Below, piece by piece: positions 28,266-37,400 of a DNA stretch of 64,000 bases. Each line of letters begins with the position of its first letter. Within the stretch, counting starts at the first letter, position 1. The notes under the pieces were generated by a model. The model was given only the letters and a program-made list of their open reading frames with translations. It was not told the DNA's origin and searched no databases. Source of the DNA: Verrucomicrobiota bacterium (GTDB taxonomy: Bacteria; Verrucomicrobiota; Lentisphaeria; Lentisphaerales; Lentisphaeraceae); NCBI GenBank assembly GCA_039798785.1, contig JBDKFG010000002.1:32001-96000 (forward strand). The letters run 5' to 3'. Position numbers and translations under genes: made by a program.

Positions 28266-31200
28266 TCACGGGAAGACGATGTCGACCTGGACACCAGTCT
28301 GGATCAGCAGATCGCCTTGAGCGTTGTGGGCGTCATGCCAAAGGGTGAGCTGAATGCCGTCGTCGTTGACATATGGGATGCCCTTCGCGTAGCTGCCGCT
28401 GATGATTCGCACCTTGTCATTGCTCTGCCCGAGGATTTGCAAGGCATTGCCGCTTGCGCCGCCGCCGCCAAAGTCGAGGATGGCCACGGCATTGATCGTC
28501 AATTCCTGAGCTTGAGGATCAGAGAGGTCGATGACTTCGACGCTGGTGGGCGTTTCCGGATCGGGGGTGATATCTGCAAGGTTCAGGTAGGCACCAGCGA
28601 AATGCAGCTTGTCCTGACCGTCGCCGCCTTCAAGATACACATTGTCGACGGAGTCCAGCCAGATCGTGTCGTCACCGGGGCCGCCAAAGACATAGTCGAT
28701 GCCGTCATCGGGCACAGTAACTGGGTAGAGGAGGTCGTCCCCATAGCCGCCGGCAAGGACATTTGCTGCCTGGTTGCCGAATAGGTAGTCGTCGTAGGGA
28801 CTGCCGATGGCATTTTCAATCACGGCATCGTAGGCGATGCCGATGTTGCCATCCACAGCAACTGCCTCGGTCGCATTGCTCCAAATCGTGCTCAATCCAC
28901 CGGGACTGAGGTCAATCGAAATGCCGTAAGGAGCGTCACGGAGATCAATAGCATCGTGCCCGCCGTCATCAATTAGGGTCACGACCTTCGCCCCGAGCTG
29001 GTCGAAGGTGTAGGTGGTGTCGCCGGCGTTTTGGGGCGTGATGCCGTAAAGCTGTCGCAAGCGGGCGATGTCGTCCATCATGTAGCTCTCAGGGGAAATG
29101 CCACTGATTGCGCTGGCATCCTCGGCATCCGGAAAGCCGTTGTAGGACATCACGCTGTGGCGGACATCGTAATGAGGTGAATCCCCATCGTCGCTACCTC
29201 CTTCCGGGTAAGGGTGAGGCAAGCCGAGTGCGTGGCCGATTTCATGGATCAGCGACGCAGCCTCAAAGCTCCCTGCAGTCAAGGGCGTGTAGAGGTAATC
29301 AACATTGAACCAGATATCGCCGTTAGTTGTGAATCTCGATGCGTCCTTGCCTTTAGGGAAATAGGCGTAAGCGCCCGTATCCGCTTCGTGGATCATGGAG
29401 GCGAAGGTGAGCTGAGATTGCTGGACATCGACCGTCTCGGCGAAGCTCACCTTGAGAAACTGCGAGATGTTGTTGAGTATCTCGCGGGTGACGGCCTTCT
29501 GCGCCTCGGTGAAGGGAGTGAAGCCGTTGCGCTCGTTCGCATCCCCTGAGTAGTAGCTCGGCACAGATTGCAGGAAGGTGTAGCTGATGGTGATACCGTC
29601 GCTGGGGCTGCCATCAAACCACTGGCTGCTAGATCCAAGCGGGGTCAAAGCGGCGACATCGAACAGTGGCAGCGTCCAGCCGTTACTGGCGCCGTGGCTG
29701 TCCGTGATGGAGACATTGAGGGAATGATTGGGCGAATGGATAGCTTTGAAGGCGATCGAGCCAGCATTGACCTCGGCCTGGGTGAAACTGTTGACGGCTT
29801 TGCCGCTCTTGAGAAAAGTGCCGCCGTTACCTGACTCCCACGACCAGGTGTAGCGCAGCTGCGCGGGGCCGTCTTCGAGATCAGCGTCGGTCGCATGGAG
29901 CATGGAAGCATTGAGCTTCACCGTGGCGGCAGAATTGACCATCCAGGGCGCCCAGCTCAGCAGCGGAGAAGAGTTGTGGGCGCCAAAATCCAACTGCAGA
30001 GTTTGAGGCGCTGAACTCAAGGTGCCGTCACTGACGCTGAGCCGCAGCACCGGTGCGGCATTGGTACCATCGGAATGCACGAGGTAGATCTTGCCGGCGG
30101 CGAGATCGGCTTGGGTGAAGTTCGCAACCGCTTCGCCGGTATCGCGGCGCAGCTCACCGTGGGCAAGGGAAACGACCTTGAAAACCAATTGCGCAGTGGG
30201 CGTGATGTCGTCTCGGGCATCGAGGAAATCGGTGTTCAACTTGAGGTAGCCGCCTTCCTCCATGACCGCCTTACGATTGTAGAGATGGGGAGCAAGGTTC
30301 GTGGTCTGGAAGGCGAAGGGGAGCAAGGCTTCCGCGCTGCCTCCGGCCTCGTTCGTTACCTTCAGGGTCAGAGATGGAGCCACCTTGCTGCCGTCGTGGT
30401 GCAGCTTCACCAGCTTGGAGACGAGCTGTGAGTAGTCGAAGGTCATCGACTCCAGGCCATTGACGATCAGGGTCGCATGTTCAAGCCGCGTCAGGGTGAA
30501 GGTGAGCTGCTTGTCTATGGCGCTCAAGCCCAGAGACGCCGCACTGAGTACCAGCTCGCCCGACTCGCGAAGGGCGAGTGATTTTGGCGGCATCAACACG
30601 GGTGTTTCGATCCAATCGACCAGGCCGGCGACCTTCGCGCTTTTCAGACCGAAGCTATCGACAGCCTGGATGGTGAACGAGGGAGCTTTGCTGGCCTTGC
30701 TCAGTGCCGCGAAGCTGACGGCACCTGCCTCAACTTCCGCACCGGTGAAGGCGCTGGTCTTGCTGCCATTGAGGCGAAATTCTGCGGCATTGACGACAGC
30801 AGTGAAGGTTAGGTCCTCAAACCTGCCGCTGACATTGAAATCGCTGACAGCAAGGCGGTATTCTTCGGTGCCTTCTGCACTCACGTGAAGGCTGCTGAGC
30901 ACAGGGACGGGAGTGACTGAGGGTGCTGAAGCTTTCCATCTGAGCGGCACAACGATCTCTTGCGTCGGACTGGTCGGGTCGCTCAGCCGAAGGTGCAGCG
31001 CAGAAGCATGCCCGGCGTCGCTACTGCGGACATAGAGACTGGCCAGCTCAATGCCGTTGAAGCTTCCCTGCGTGAAGGAAATGAAGTTGGCGCCGCTTTT
31101 CTGTAGAATCACCAGGTTATCGGAGCTCGTGATTTCCAAGCTCAGTTCCGAGAGCGTGTTGTCTTCGTCCGTCAGCGAAAGAGCCGCACTGAGGGACACC

Positions 31201-31577
31201 GGTTTGGTCGAGCTGAGGGTAATGGCTTTGGTACGAGCCACAGGAGCATCGTTCGCCTGAGTAAAACTCATCACGGGACTGAAGGAGGCGGATTTCAGGT
31301 CGAAACTGTCAGCCAGCATGGCGGTGATCGATGGAGGCAAGAGCTTGCCATCATGCACGAAACTGATGGCGCCAGCGGCAACCTCATCCAAGCTGAAACT
31401 CTGCACTCTCACGCCTTGACGAAAGAAGGTGCCGCCGCTGACTTTCCCGAGGATGACCGTCAAGTTGGCATCGGGAAGCGCGTCTCCGGAGGTTTCAAAC
31501 ATCGAGCGAGTCAGCAGAATTGAGCTGCCTTCCCGCACGAGGCCAAGCTGAAATTGATTGAGGATGGGGGCGCTCAT
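28266..31577 (-). CDS. large secreted protein: cadherin-like (CSPG) repeats, M10/serralysin-like metalloprotease and RTX Ca-binding repeats
   Basis: Repeated FTQA.L.AG.I...HDG; HEIGHALGLPH; SVMSY Met-turn; GGYGDD, GGPGDD, GGDGQD. Confidence 0.85.
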   Translation of the reverse strand: MSAPILNQFQLGLVREGSSILLTRSMFETSGDALPDANLTVILGKVSGGTFFRQGVRVQSFSLDEVAAGAISFVHDGKLLPPSITAMLADSFDLKSASFSPVMSFTQANDAPVARTKAITLSSTKPVSLSAALSLTDEDNTLSELSLEITSSDNLVILQKSGANFISFTQGSFNGIELASLYVRSSDAGHASALHLRLSDPTSPTQEIVVPLRWKASAPSVTPVPVLSSLHVSAEGTEEYRLAVSDFNVSGRFEDLTFTAVVNAAEFRLNGSKTSAFTGAEVEAGAVSFAALSKASKAPSFTIQAVDSFGLKSAKVAGLVDWIETPVLMPPKSLALRESGELVLSAASLGLSAIDKQLTFTLTRLEHATLIVNGLESMTFDYSQLVSKLVKLHHDGSKVAPSLTLKVTNEAGGSAEALLPFAFQTTNLAPHLYNRKAVMEEGGYLKLNTDFLDARDDITPTAQLVFKVVSLAHGELRRDTGEAVANFTQADLAAGKIYLVHSDGTNAAPVLRLSVSDGTLSSAPQTLQLDFGAHNSSPLLSWAPWMVNSAATVKLNASMLHATDADLEDGPAQLRYTWSWESGNGGTFLKSGKAVNSFTQAEVNAGSIAFKAIHSPNHSLNVSITDSHGASNGWTLPLFDVAALTPLGSSSQWFDGSPSDGITISYTFLQSVPSYYSGDANERNGFTPFTEAQKAVTREILNNISQFLKVSFAETVDVQQSQLTFASMIHEADTGAYAYFPKGKDASRFTTNGDIWFNVDYLYTPLTAGSFEAASLIHEIGHALGLPHPYPEGGSDDGDSPHYDVRHSVMSYNGFPDAEDASAISGISPESYMMDDIARLRQLYGITPQNAGDTTYTFDQLGAKVVTLIDDGGHDAIDLRDAPYGISIDLSPGGLSTIWSNATEAVAVDGNIGIAYDAVIENAIGSPYDDYLFGNQAANVLAGGYGDDLLYPVTVPDDGIDYVFGGPGDDTIWLDSVDNVYLEGGDGQDKLHFAGAYLNLADITPDPETPTSVEVIDLSDPQAQELTINAVAILDFGGGGASGNALQILGQSNDKVRIISGSYAKGIPYVNDDGIQLTLWHDAHNAQGDLLIQTGVQVDIVFP

Positions 31578-31821
31578 CAGGCACGCGCCTGGGGTAACGG
31601 CGCTAGACCGAATGGTGATAGATTGAAATTCATCTTGATCTCCTGATACTTTGCAAGTTCACACTCTAGAGAATCCTGGCGAGAATGCGAGGTCTGTCAG
31701 GCCGGTTTAGTTGCGGGACTTGCCAAGCTCTACGGGATCTCTGAGGGTGCAGCGTCCTCCCTTGCTGAGCAGGATAGAGCCATGACTGTGATAATTCAGA
31801 GTCACATGTAGGAGGGGCGAG

Positions 31822-31890
31822 GCCCAACGTTCAAGGTAACCGGCCTTGCGCGGCTTTGTGCGCAAGGTCCGGTTGACCGCAGGGTTGGGC
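31822..31890 (-). other. integron attC site
   Basis: Minus strand GCCCAAC-5nt-GGTCAACC...GGTTACC-6nt-GTTGGGC with a central palindrome, immediately after the cassette stop. Confidence 0.9.
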
Positions 31891-31891
31891 A

Positions 31892-32530
31892 TCAAAGGAT
31901 TCCCCACGCAGAGAGCTTTTCTTGCCAAGCGGCAATGGAATCTTTTGCGACAGCCAAGCCGTCCAAGATGACTGTGCCATGCTTGATCTTGACGGACAAA
32001 AGCCATCCGTTACCCGCCGCGCTATCAATACCAGAATTTTGCTCGATAACCGGTACGTAACCACTTCTTGGCGTCTTCGTGAGCCTGAAGTGCTTGTCAA
32101 GATTCGCCAAATCGGCGAGCAGCGCCAATCTCGGATCGTTTGTAATAGCAGCTTCGATATCAGATGCGTTTAGACCCAGCGAAGGCGCCGCATCTTTCAG
32201 TGCATCCTTCAAGTGATAGGCGTGAATGAAGAACGAGTACAACTGCTGTAGCCATGCATGGATCGACTCTCCGCACATCCTCTCCGCGCTGGGAGAGGAC
32301 ACGGATTGGAGATCCTTCTGAACTTGGAGCCAGCGTTGTTTCCAATCTCTAGCTTGATTTCCGGGAATGAGTTCGGACGAACACTGCGCCGAGAAGGATA
32401 TCGATTCTTCAATCGACACAGCAATCGTCAAAGCCGTTCCCCCACATTGAGGGCAAGGCAGGCGTTCCAACGTCGCACTCAATTCCGGCGGACGAGGGGT
32501 GCCACAAGTTGAACAAGTTACGGCGTCCAT
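31892..32530 (-). CDS. gene cassette: Zn-ribbon plus helical (possibly HEPN-like) protein
   Basis: CSTC...CPQC; FFIHAYHLKD...LADLANLDKH; lies between two attC sites. Confidence 0.7.
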   Translation of the reverse strand: MDAVTCSTCGTPRPPELSATLERLPCPQCGGTALTIAVSIEESISFSAQCSSELIPGNQARDWKQRWLQVQKDLQSVSSPSAERMCGESIHAWLQQLYSFFIHAYHLKDALKDAAPSLGLNASDIEAAITNDPRLALLADLANLDKHFRLTKTPRSGYVPVIEQNSGIDSAAGNGWLLSVKIKHGTVILDGLAVAKDSIAAWQEKLSAWGIL

Positions 32531-32554
32531 ACTTCATTTCCGCGTAGATTTGTT

Positions 32555-32639
32555 GCCCAACATCTAGCTCATCCACGGGGTGGAAGCCCGAATTCAAACT
32601 GGAGCGTTGCCCGCCGTTGGATGGAGCGTCTTGTTAGCC
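32555..32639 (-). other. integron attC site
   Basis: Minus strand GGCTAAC-5nt-GCTCCATC...GATGAGC-5nt-GTTGGGC. Confidence 0.85.
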
Positions 32640-32647
32640 GTTGGTTT

Positions 32648-33433
32648 TCATGGGTTAAGAACGATTGAAAACGATCCTTCTATTTTGAGTTCTGATGCCT
32701 CAACAAAGCGCTTCATCCACAATAGCTTGTCAAGAACACGTTGATCATCTTGACCAGTTTCATCACGCTTGATTGTCTCAAGGATTCGGCTCTTTGCACC
32801 TTCAAGAGTCAACTTCTCCTCACCAATGTATAGCTGCCCCGCCTTTTCGACTTCGTAGAGAGCGTTAAGGAAAAAATGTCCATCATCATCCTGCAAAATC
32901 AATCGCGGAATGGACTTGAACTTCTTCGCCATGGTTTCGTCCATTTCTTGAGATCGCTCCCATTCGTAAAGCCTCGCACCGATGTCATCCTCGATCATGA
33001 CTCTAGGGTAAATGGCCTTCTTTGACTCTAGGAAATATGCACATTCGACGGAGGGACCAAAGAATCCCAAATCATCAATGTAGCAATCACCAAGAACTGC
33101 TCCTCCCCGAACAAGGAATCCTTCGTTGAGAATTCGGAGTATTGATAGTGACGTATTATAGAGGCAAATGTAAAGAAGGTTCAAGTCGTTCTTCCGCGCG
33201 TCTTCCACCCCGTCCTTGTAGGTGTAAACTATGTAAACGCAGTCAGAAAAGCTTCTCAGTTCTCGCTGATAAATGACGTGAGGCAACTGCGCTTGCCGGG
33301 CTTTGTTTCGCCCTACCTCTTCATGAAAAAGTCGGTGAATTCTGAATTTGTCATCGAATCGTGTTCTCTGTGCTGTCCCCAAAACATCGAGGAAGATTAC
33401 AGCTCCTGTTGTGTATGAAGGCGAGGAGTCCAT
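32648..33433 (-). CDS. gene cassette: class III nucleotidyl-cyclase-like protein
   Basis: IFLDVLG, FSDC, LVRGGAVLG, FGPSVECAYFLES..AIYPRV. Confidence 0.65.
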   Translation of the reverse strand: MDSSPSYTTGAVIFLDVLGTAQRTRFDDKFRIHRLFHEEVGRNKARQAQLPHVIYQRELRSFSDCVYIVYTYKDGVEDARKNDLNLLYICLYNTSLSILRILNEGFLVRGGAVLGDCYIDDLGFFGPSVECAYFLESKKAIYPRVMIEDDIGARLYEWERSQEMDETMAKKFKSIPRLILQDDDGHFFLNALYEVEKAGQLYIGEEKLTLEGAKSRILETIKRDETGQDDQRVLDKLLWMKRFVEASELKIEGSFSIVLNP

Positions 33434-33443
33434 GATTTCTTTC

Positions 33444-33520
33444 GGCTAACAGGTTGATATACTTCATTGGGAGCAAGGTATCACCTAGTATCCGGCCTGT
33501 CAAGGTGCAGGGTATCACTT
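33444..33520 (-). promoter_or_regulatory. attI-like site and Pc-like promoter
   Basis: Minus strand TTGACA (33498-33503)-17 nt-TACCTT (33475-33480), then GTATATCAACCT-GTTAGCC core; no upstream attC hairpin. Confidence 0.6.
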
Positions 33521-33741
33521 TGGATTGAGCACGAAGGGGTATGTAAAGCGCCAAATATCGTCCCAATCGATGACTGGGCCAGTGGCGATATTCAAAACTT
33601 ACGACAGCCTCTCAGCCCCTGCGGGCTGAGGGAAGTAAGCTTAATCAAGAGAATCTTCAAGAGGCTCTTGACAACTAGAATGACAAGCACTTAAGTGCGC
33701 CTCATTCTTACCTGAACGCCACACCCTAAAAGAATCGCCCC

Positions 33742-34065
33742 ATGTCTCCACTCGACCTCAAGCCCGCGCTTCACGCCTGGACGCTGGAGCATCGTTACGC
33801 CAAGTTGGGGATCGGGAGTCGTGCGGCCTCCAACGAGAAACAGACCCAACTGATCCGCAGCAGTGCGCAGACCTTGCGTGAGGGCGGCAAACTTCGCCTT
33901 GCGACTGGCGCCTATGAGCTTGTGGCCCGTGCTCAAGCAGCGACCTTCGTGGTAGACATTCTTGATGCGCATGGCGAATGCTCCACGCTGACTTACCCGT
34001 CCCCCGAGGACGCGGTGCAGTTCCTGCTCGGCAGCTACGATGGGTCGGAGCCGGACCGTCACTGA
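33742..34065 (+). CDS. hypothetical protein
   Basis: 107 aa ORF with host-like codon usage; no integrase motifs. Confidence 0.5.
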   Translation: MSPLDLKPALHAWTLEHRYAKLGIGSRAASNEKQTQLIRSSAQTLREGGKLRLATGAYELVARAQAATFVVDILDAHGECSTLTYPSPEDAVQFLLGSYDGSEPDRH

Positions 34066-34435
34066 CGAGTCATTGCCGCTTCATTGATTCCATCTCCGAT
34101 TTCTCCTTTGCTTCGGAATCTCCCGAGTGGACAACCCGGCGTAGCGTGCTTGCGTATCCCCAGAACACAAGCACCAAGGAATCCAAGCAACTATCAAACA
34201 CCTAGCTTGACCTTACATAGTCGATTCTAGCAATCGACCACAATCCCGTCCCTCAGTGAAAACGACCAATTTGAAGAGAGAAGGACGACATGTGGTAGAG
34301 CGCGCCCAACTGGGCGCGGTCTGTCCGTGTTTTCTCTCGGGCGCTTGGTCGTGCCTCACTGGGAACACAAAACAGACCGCGTTCTTTTTTTTGCCCTGAT
34401 GGCAGGAAAGAACGCTCCCGATGGAGATTCTTTTT

Positions 34436-37400
34436 ATGTCTTCCCTCAGCCTCATCGTCAAGCCCTTGAGCATTGTTCAAGGCATCGCTTTCAAGCTCAG
34501 CAGCGCACTCTTCACGGTCGGCGCCACAGACTACACCCTCAGCATCTCGGTGCTAGGCGGCAGCCTCTATTCCAACGGCTCAGTCGTTGGTGCCTCCGGC
34601 AGCTTCAGCCTAGCCGATCTCAAGGCAGGCAAGATCACTTTCCTCGCCGATGGCCTCAGCGTCCCCAGTTTCTTCTTCCAAGCCCATGCCAGCGGCTTTT
34701 CCGACTCCACTGAAGTCCAACCCGTGCTCAACTACAAGGCCGTCAACCAAGCTCCTGTCCTCAGTGTCCCGAGCCTCGGCAGCGATGCCGAAATCCTGCT
34801 CAAGGGCGGCAGCCTCACCATCACCCGCGAGATGATCAACGCGACAGATGCGGAAACGCCATTCGCCGGCAACATCTCCTTCAAGATCGCTAAGGTCACA
34901 GGCGGCGGGTTCCTTCTCAATGGCTTCGCCGCCAAGTCCTTTTCTCTTGCGGACATCGACGCCAGCTCAGTCAGCTTCAAACACGACGGCAAGCTCATCG
35001 CCCCGGCTTTCACGCTCACGGTCAGTGATAGCGATGGCTCGGCTTCCGTCGCGAAAAGCACCTCATCGAGCACGGTTCACTTCGACGGCAGCCACAGCGC
35101 CGTAGCTGCCAGTACCATCCCCCACGAGATCGCCATCAAGGCTCCCATCGCCCTCGTCGAAGGCGCGACACTCAAGCTCAGCGCCAGCAATCTCCCCATC
35201 GTGGTTTCTATCAACGTCGTCCCCGCCGCCAATCAGGGCGCACTGGTTCTGCGCGTCGAGGACAGCAATCACCTCACGATTCTGGTCAGCGGCAAGAGCG
35301 GCCCGCAGGAATCCTTCACCGTCGCCGAGCTCAAGGCCGGCCTGGTCAGCATCGTGCATGACGGTAGCCAGGAAGCCCCTAGTCTGAACCTCTCACTCCT
35401 GAATGGCGTGACTGAGCTTGATTCTCTCAGCGTCCCATTCGCTTTCAAGACCCTCAATGACGCCCCCACACTGAGCCTCAATGACCTCGTCTTCAGCCAG
35501 GGTCCGAGCCTGCTTCTCGACCGAGGTCTGTTCAATGTCGCCGACGAAGAAACTCCCGACAGCCTCTCCGGCGCCTTCGCCTTCACCATCAAATCCGCCA
35601 CCGGCCTCGAATTCCACCGCGAGGGCACGCAGGCCCCGATCAAGGGCTTCACCCTCGCCGATGTCGACAACGGTCTGATCAGCGTCACCCGGCTCGTCAC
35701 TCAGGCCAGCGATGCTGCCTATTCCCTCAGTGTCGCCGATCCCGCGGGGAAGATCAGCGGCCTCGCCAACGGCACTGTGGTGTTCAATCACCTCCCCACC
35801 GGCACCGTGTCAATCTCAGGAGCTGGCACGACACTCCGGGAAGGCCAGACGCTCAGCGCCAACAACAGCCTCGCCGATGCCGATGGCCTCGGCCGCATCA
35901 GCTACACCTGGAAGGACCAAGATGGCCATGTCCTCGGCACGGGCAACACTCTGACCTTGACGCAAGCGCAGGTCGGCGGACAGGTACAGGTCAGCGCCAG
36001 CTACGTCGACGGCTTCGGTACTGCGGAAGCCGTCAATTCGGCCTTCAGCGGCACCATCCAGGAGGCGATCGTCAGCCCCTCCGGCACTCTCAGTGTCATC
36101 GGCGACGCCGTGCTTGGAAACACCCTCCATGCCCGCGTCTCGAACTTGAGCGATCCGGCCGGTCTCGGCACCTTGCTCTACACCTGGAAGGATCAAGTCG
36201 GGACCCTGCTGGGCACCGGCAAGAACCTCTACCTCGGCGAAGATATGGCGGCGCGTCAGATCACTGCCAGCGTCAGCTATGTCAACGGTCAGGGAAAAAT
36301 GGGAAGTCTGAGCGCTACCAGCTTCACCACCTCGGACAGCACCATGAGCAGCGACGAAGCAAAAGTCCTGCCGCTTGCCGAGAGCGATCGAGTGAGCGAA
36401 TGCGTGCTGGCCGATGGCACTCGCATCCTGATCACCAGCAGCCCGGGCGCCAAGCAACAAGGCTGGCTGCAAGTCAGCCTGCCCAATCCCGATGCCTTCA
36501 AGGCGGCAGTGGCTCTCCCCGATGGCGGCTTCGTCCTGGCCAGCAGGGTTTCTGGCAAGCTCCAGCTTCAGACCTACTTCGAGGATGGACTGGTGCAAGG
36601 AAAGCCTCAGCTTCTTTCCCTGGCGATCACCGACAGTCAGCAAATTCAGCTTCACCACCAGGCAAACGGTGACTTGATCATCGACCTGTGGAGTAGCGAT
36701 TCCCATGGAGATTACCTGAGCCAATCTCGACTCAGTGACGGCAAGCTGAGCGCCGTGGAGGGACGAATCTGGCCGCTCCAAGATGGCTGGGTGAAGATTG
36801 TCACCACCGACAGCATCCACTTCCAAGCACAGATCTACCACAGTGACGGCAGTCTCGGAGGAACTGCGAACCTGGCTTCCGAAGGCAGCAACTACGAAGT
36901 TCTGCCATTCGCGGACAGCGGCTTCTTGGTGAAGTGGGATGGCTCCGACAGCCTCATGGCTCAAGCCTTCGATGCTGAAGGCACGGCTACAAGCGCGGTC
37001 TTCAAGACCTTGTACGGCGTCACGCAAGCGGCCGTCCTGAACGATCACAGTCTTGTCGTCATCGACGGCTCCAACGGCACCGAGATCAAAGTGGCTGAAT
37101 TCGCTCCCGATGGCAGCCCGAGAACGCATGAGGTTCTGCGAAGCGAAAACTCCGGCTCTCTGGAGTTCCGTTCCCTAGTGGCCTTGCCCGATGGCTCCTA
37201 TGCTATCGACTACATGGATCAAGGCAGTTCCTCCCAGTTCAAGAGCAAGGTCTTCACTCCCCTAAGCCAGCACCAGGATGTGGTGATTGGCTCTGAATAC
37301 CAAGCCGGCGTCGCCGTGCCCGATCCTACGGGCTGGATGACCTTGAAAATCGGCTCCGCCATCGACCAATGGCGGGACACGGTGCTGACCGCTCAGCATG

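Noticed and set aside
33742..34065. Possible intI at the expected divergent position
   Set aside because: Too short and lacks the R-H-R-Y tyrosine recombinase motifs
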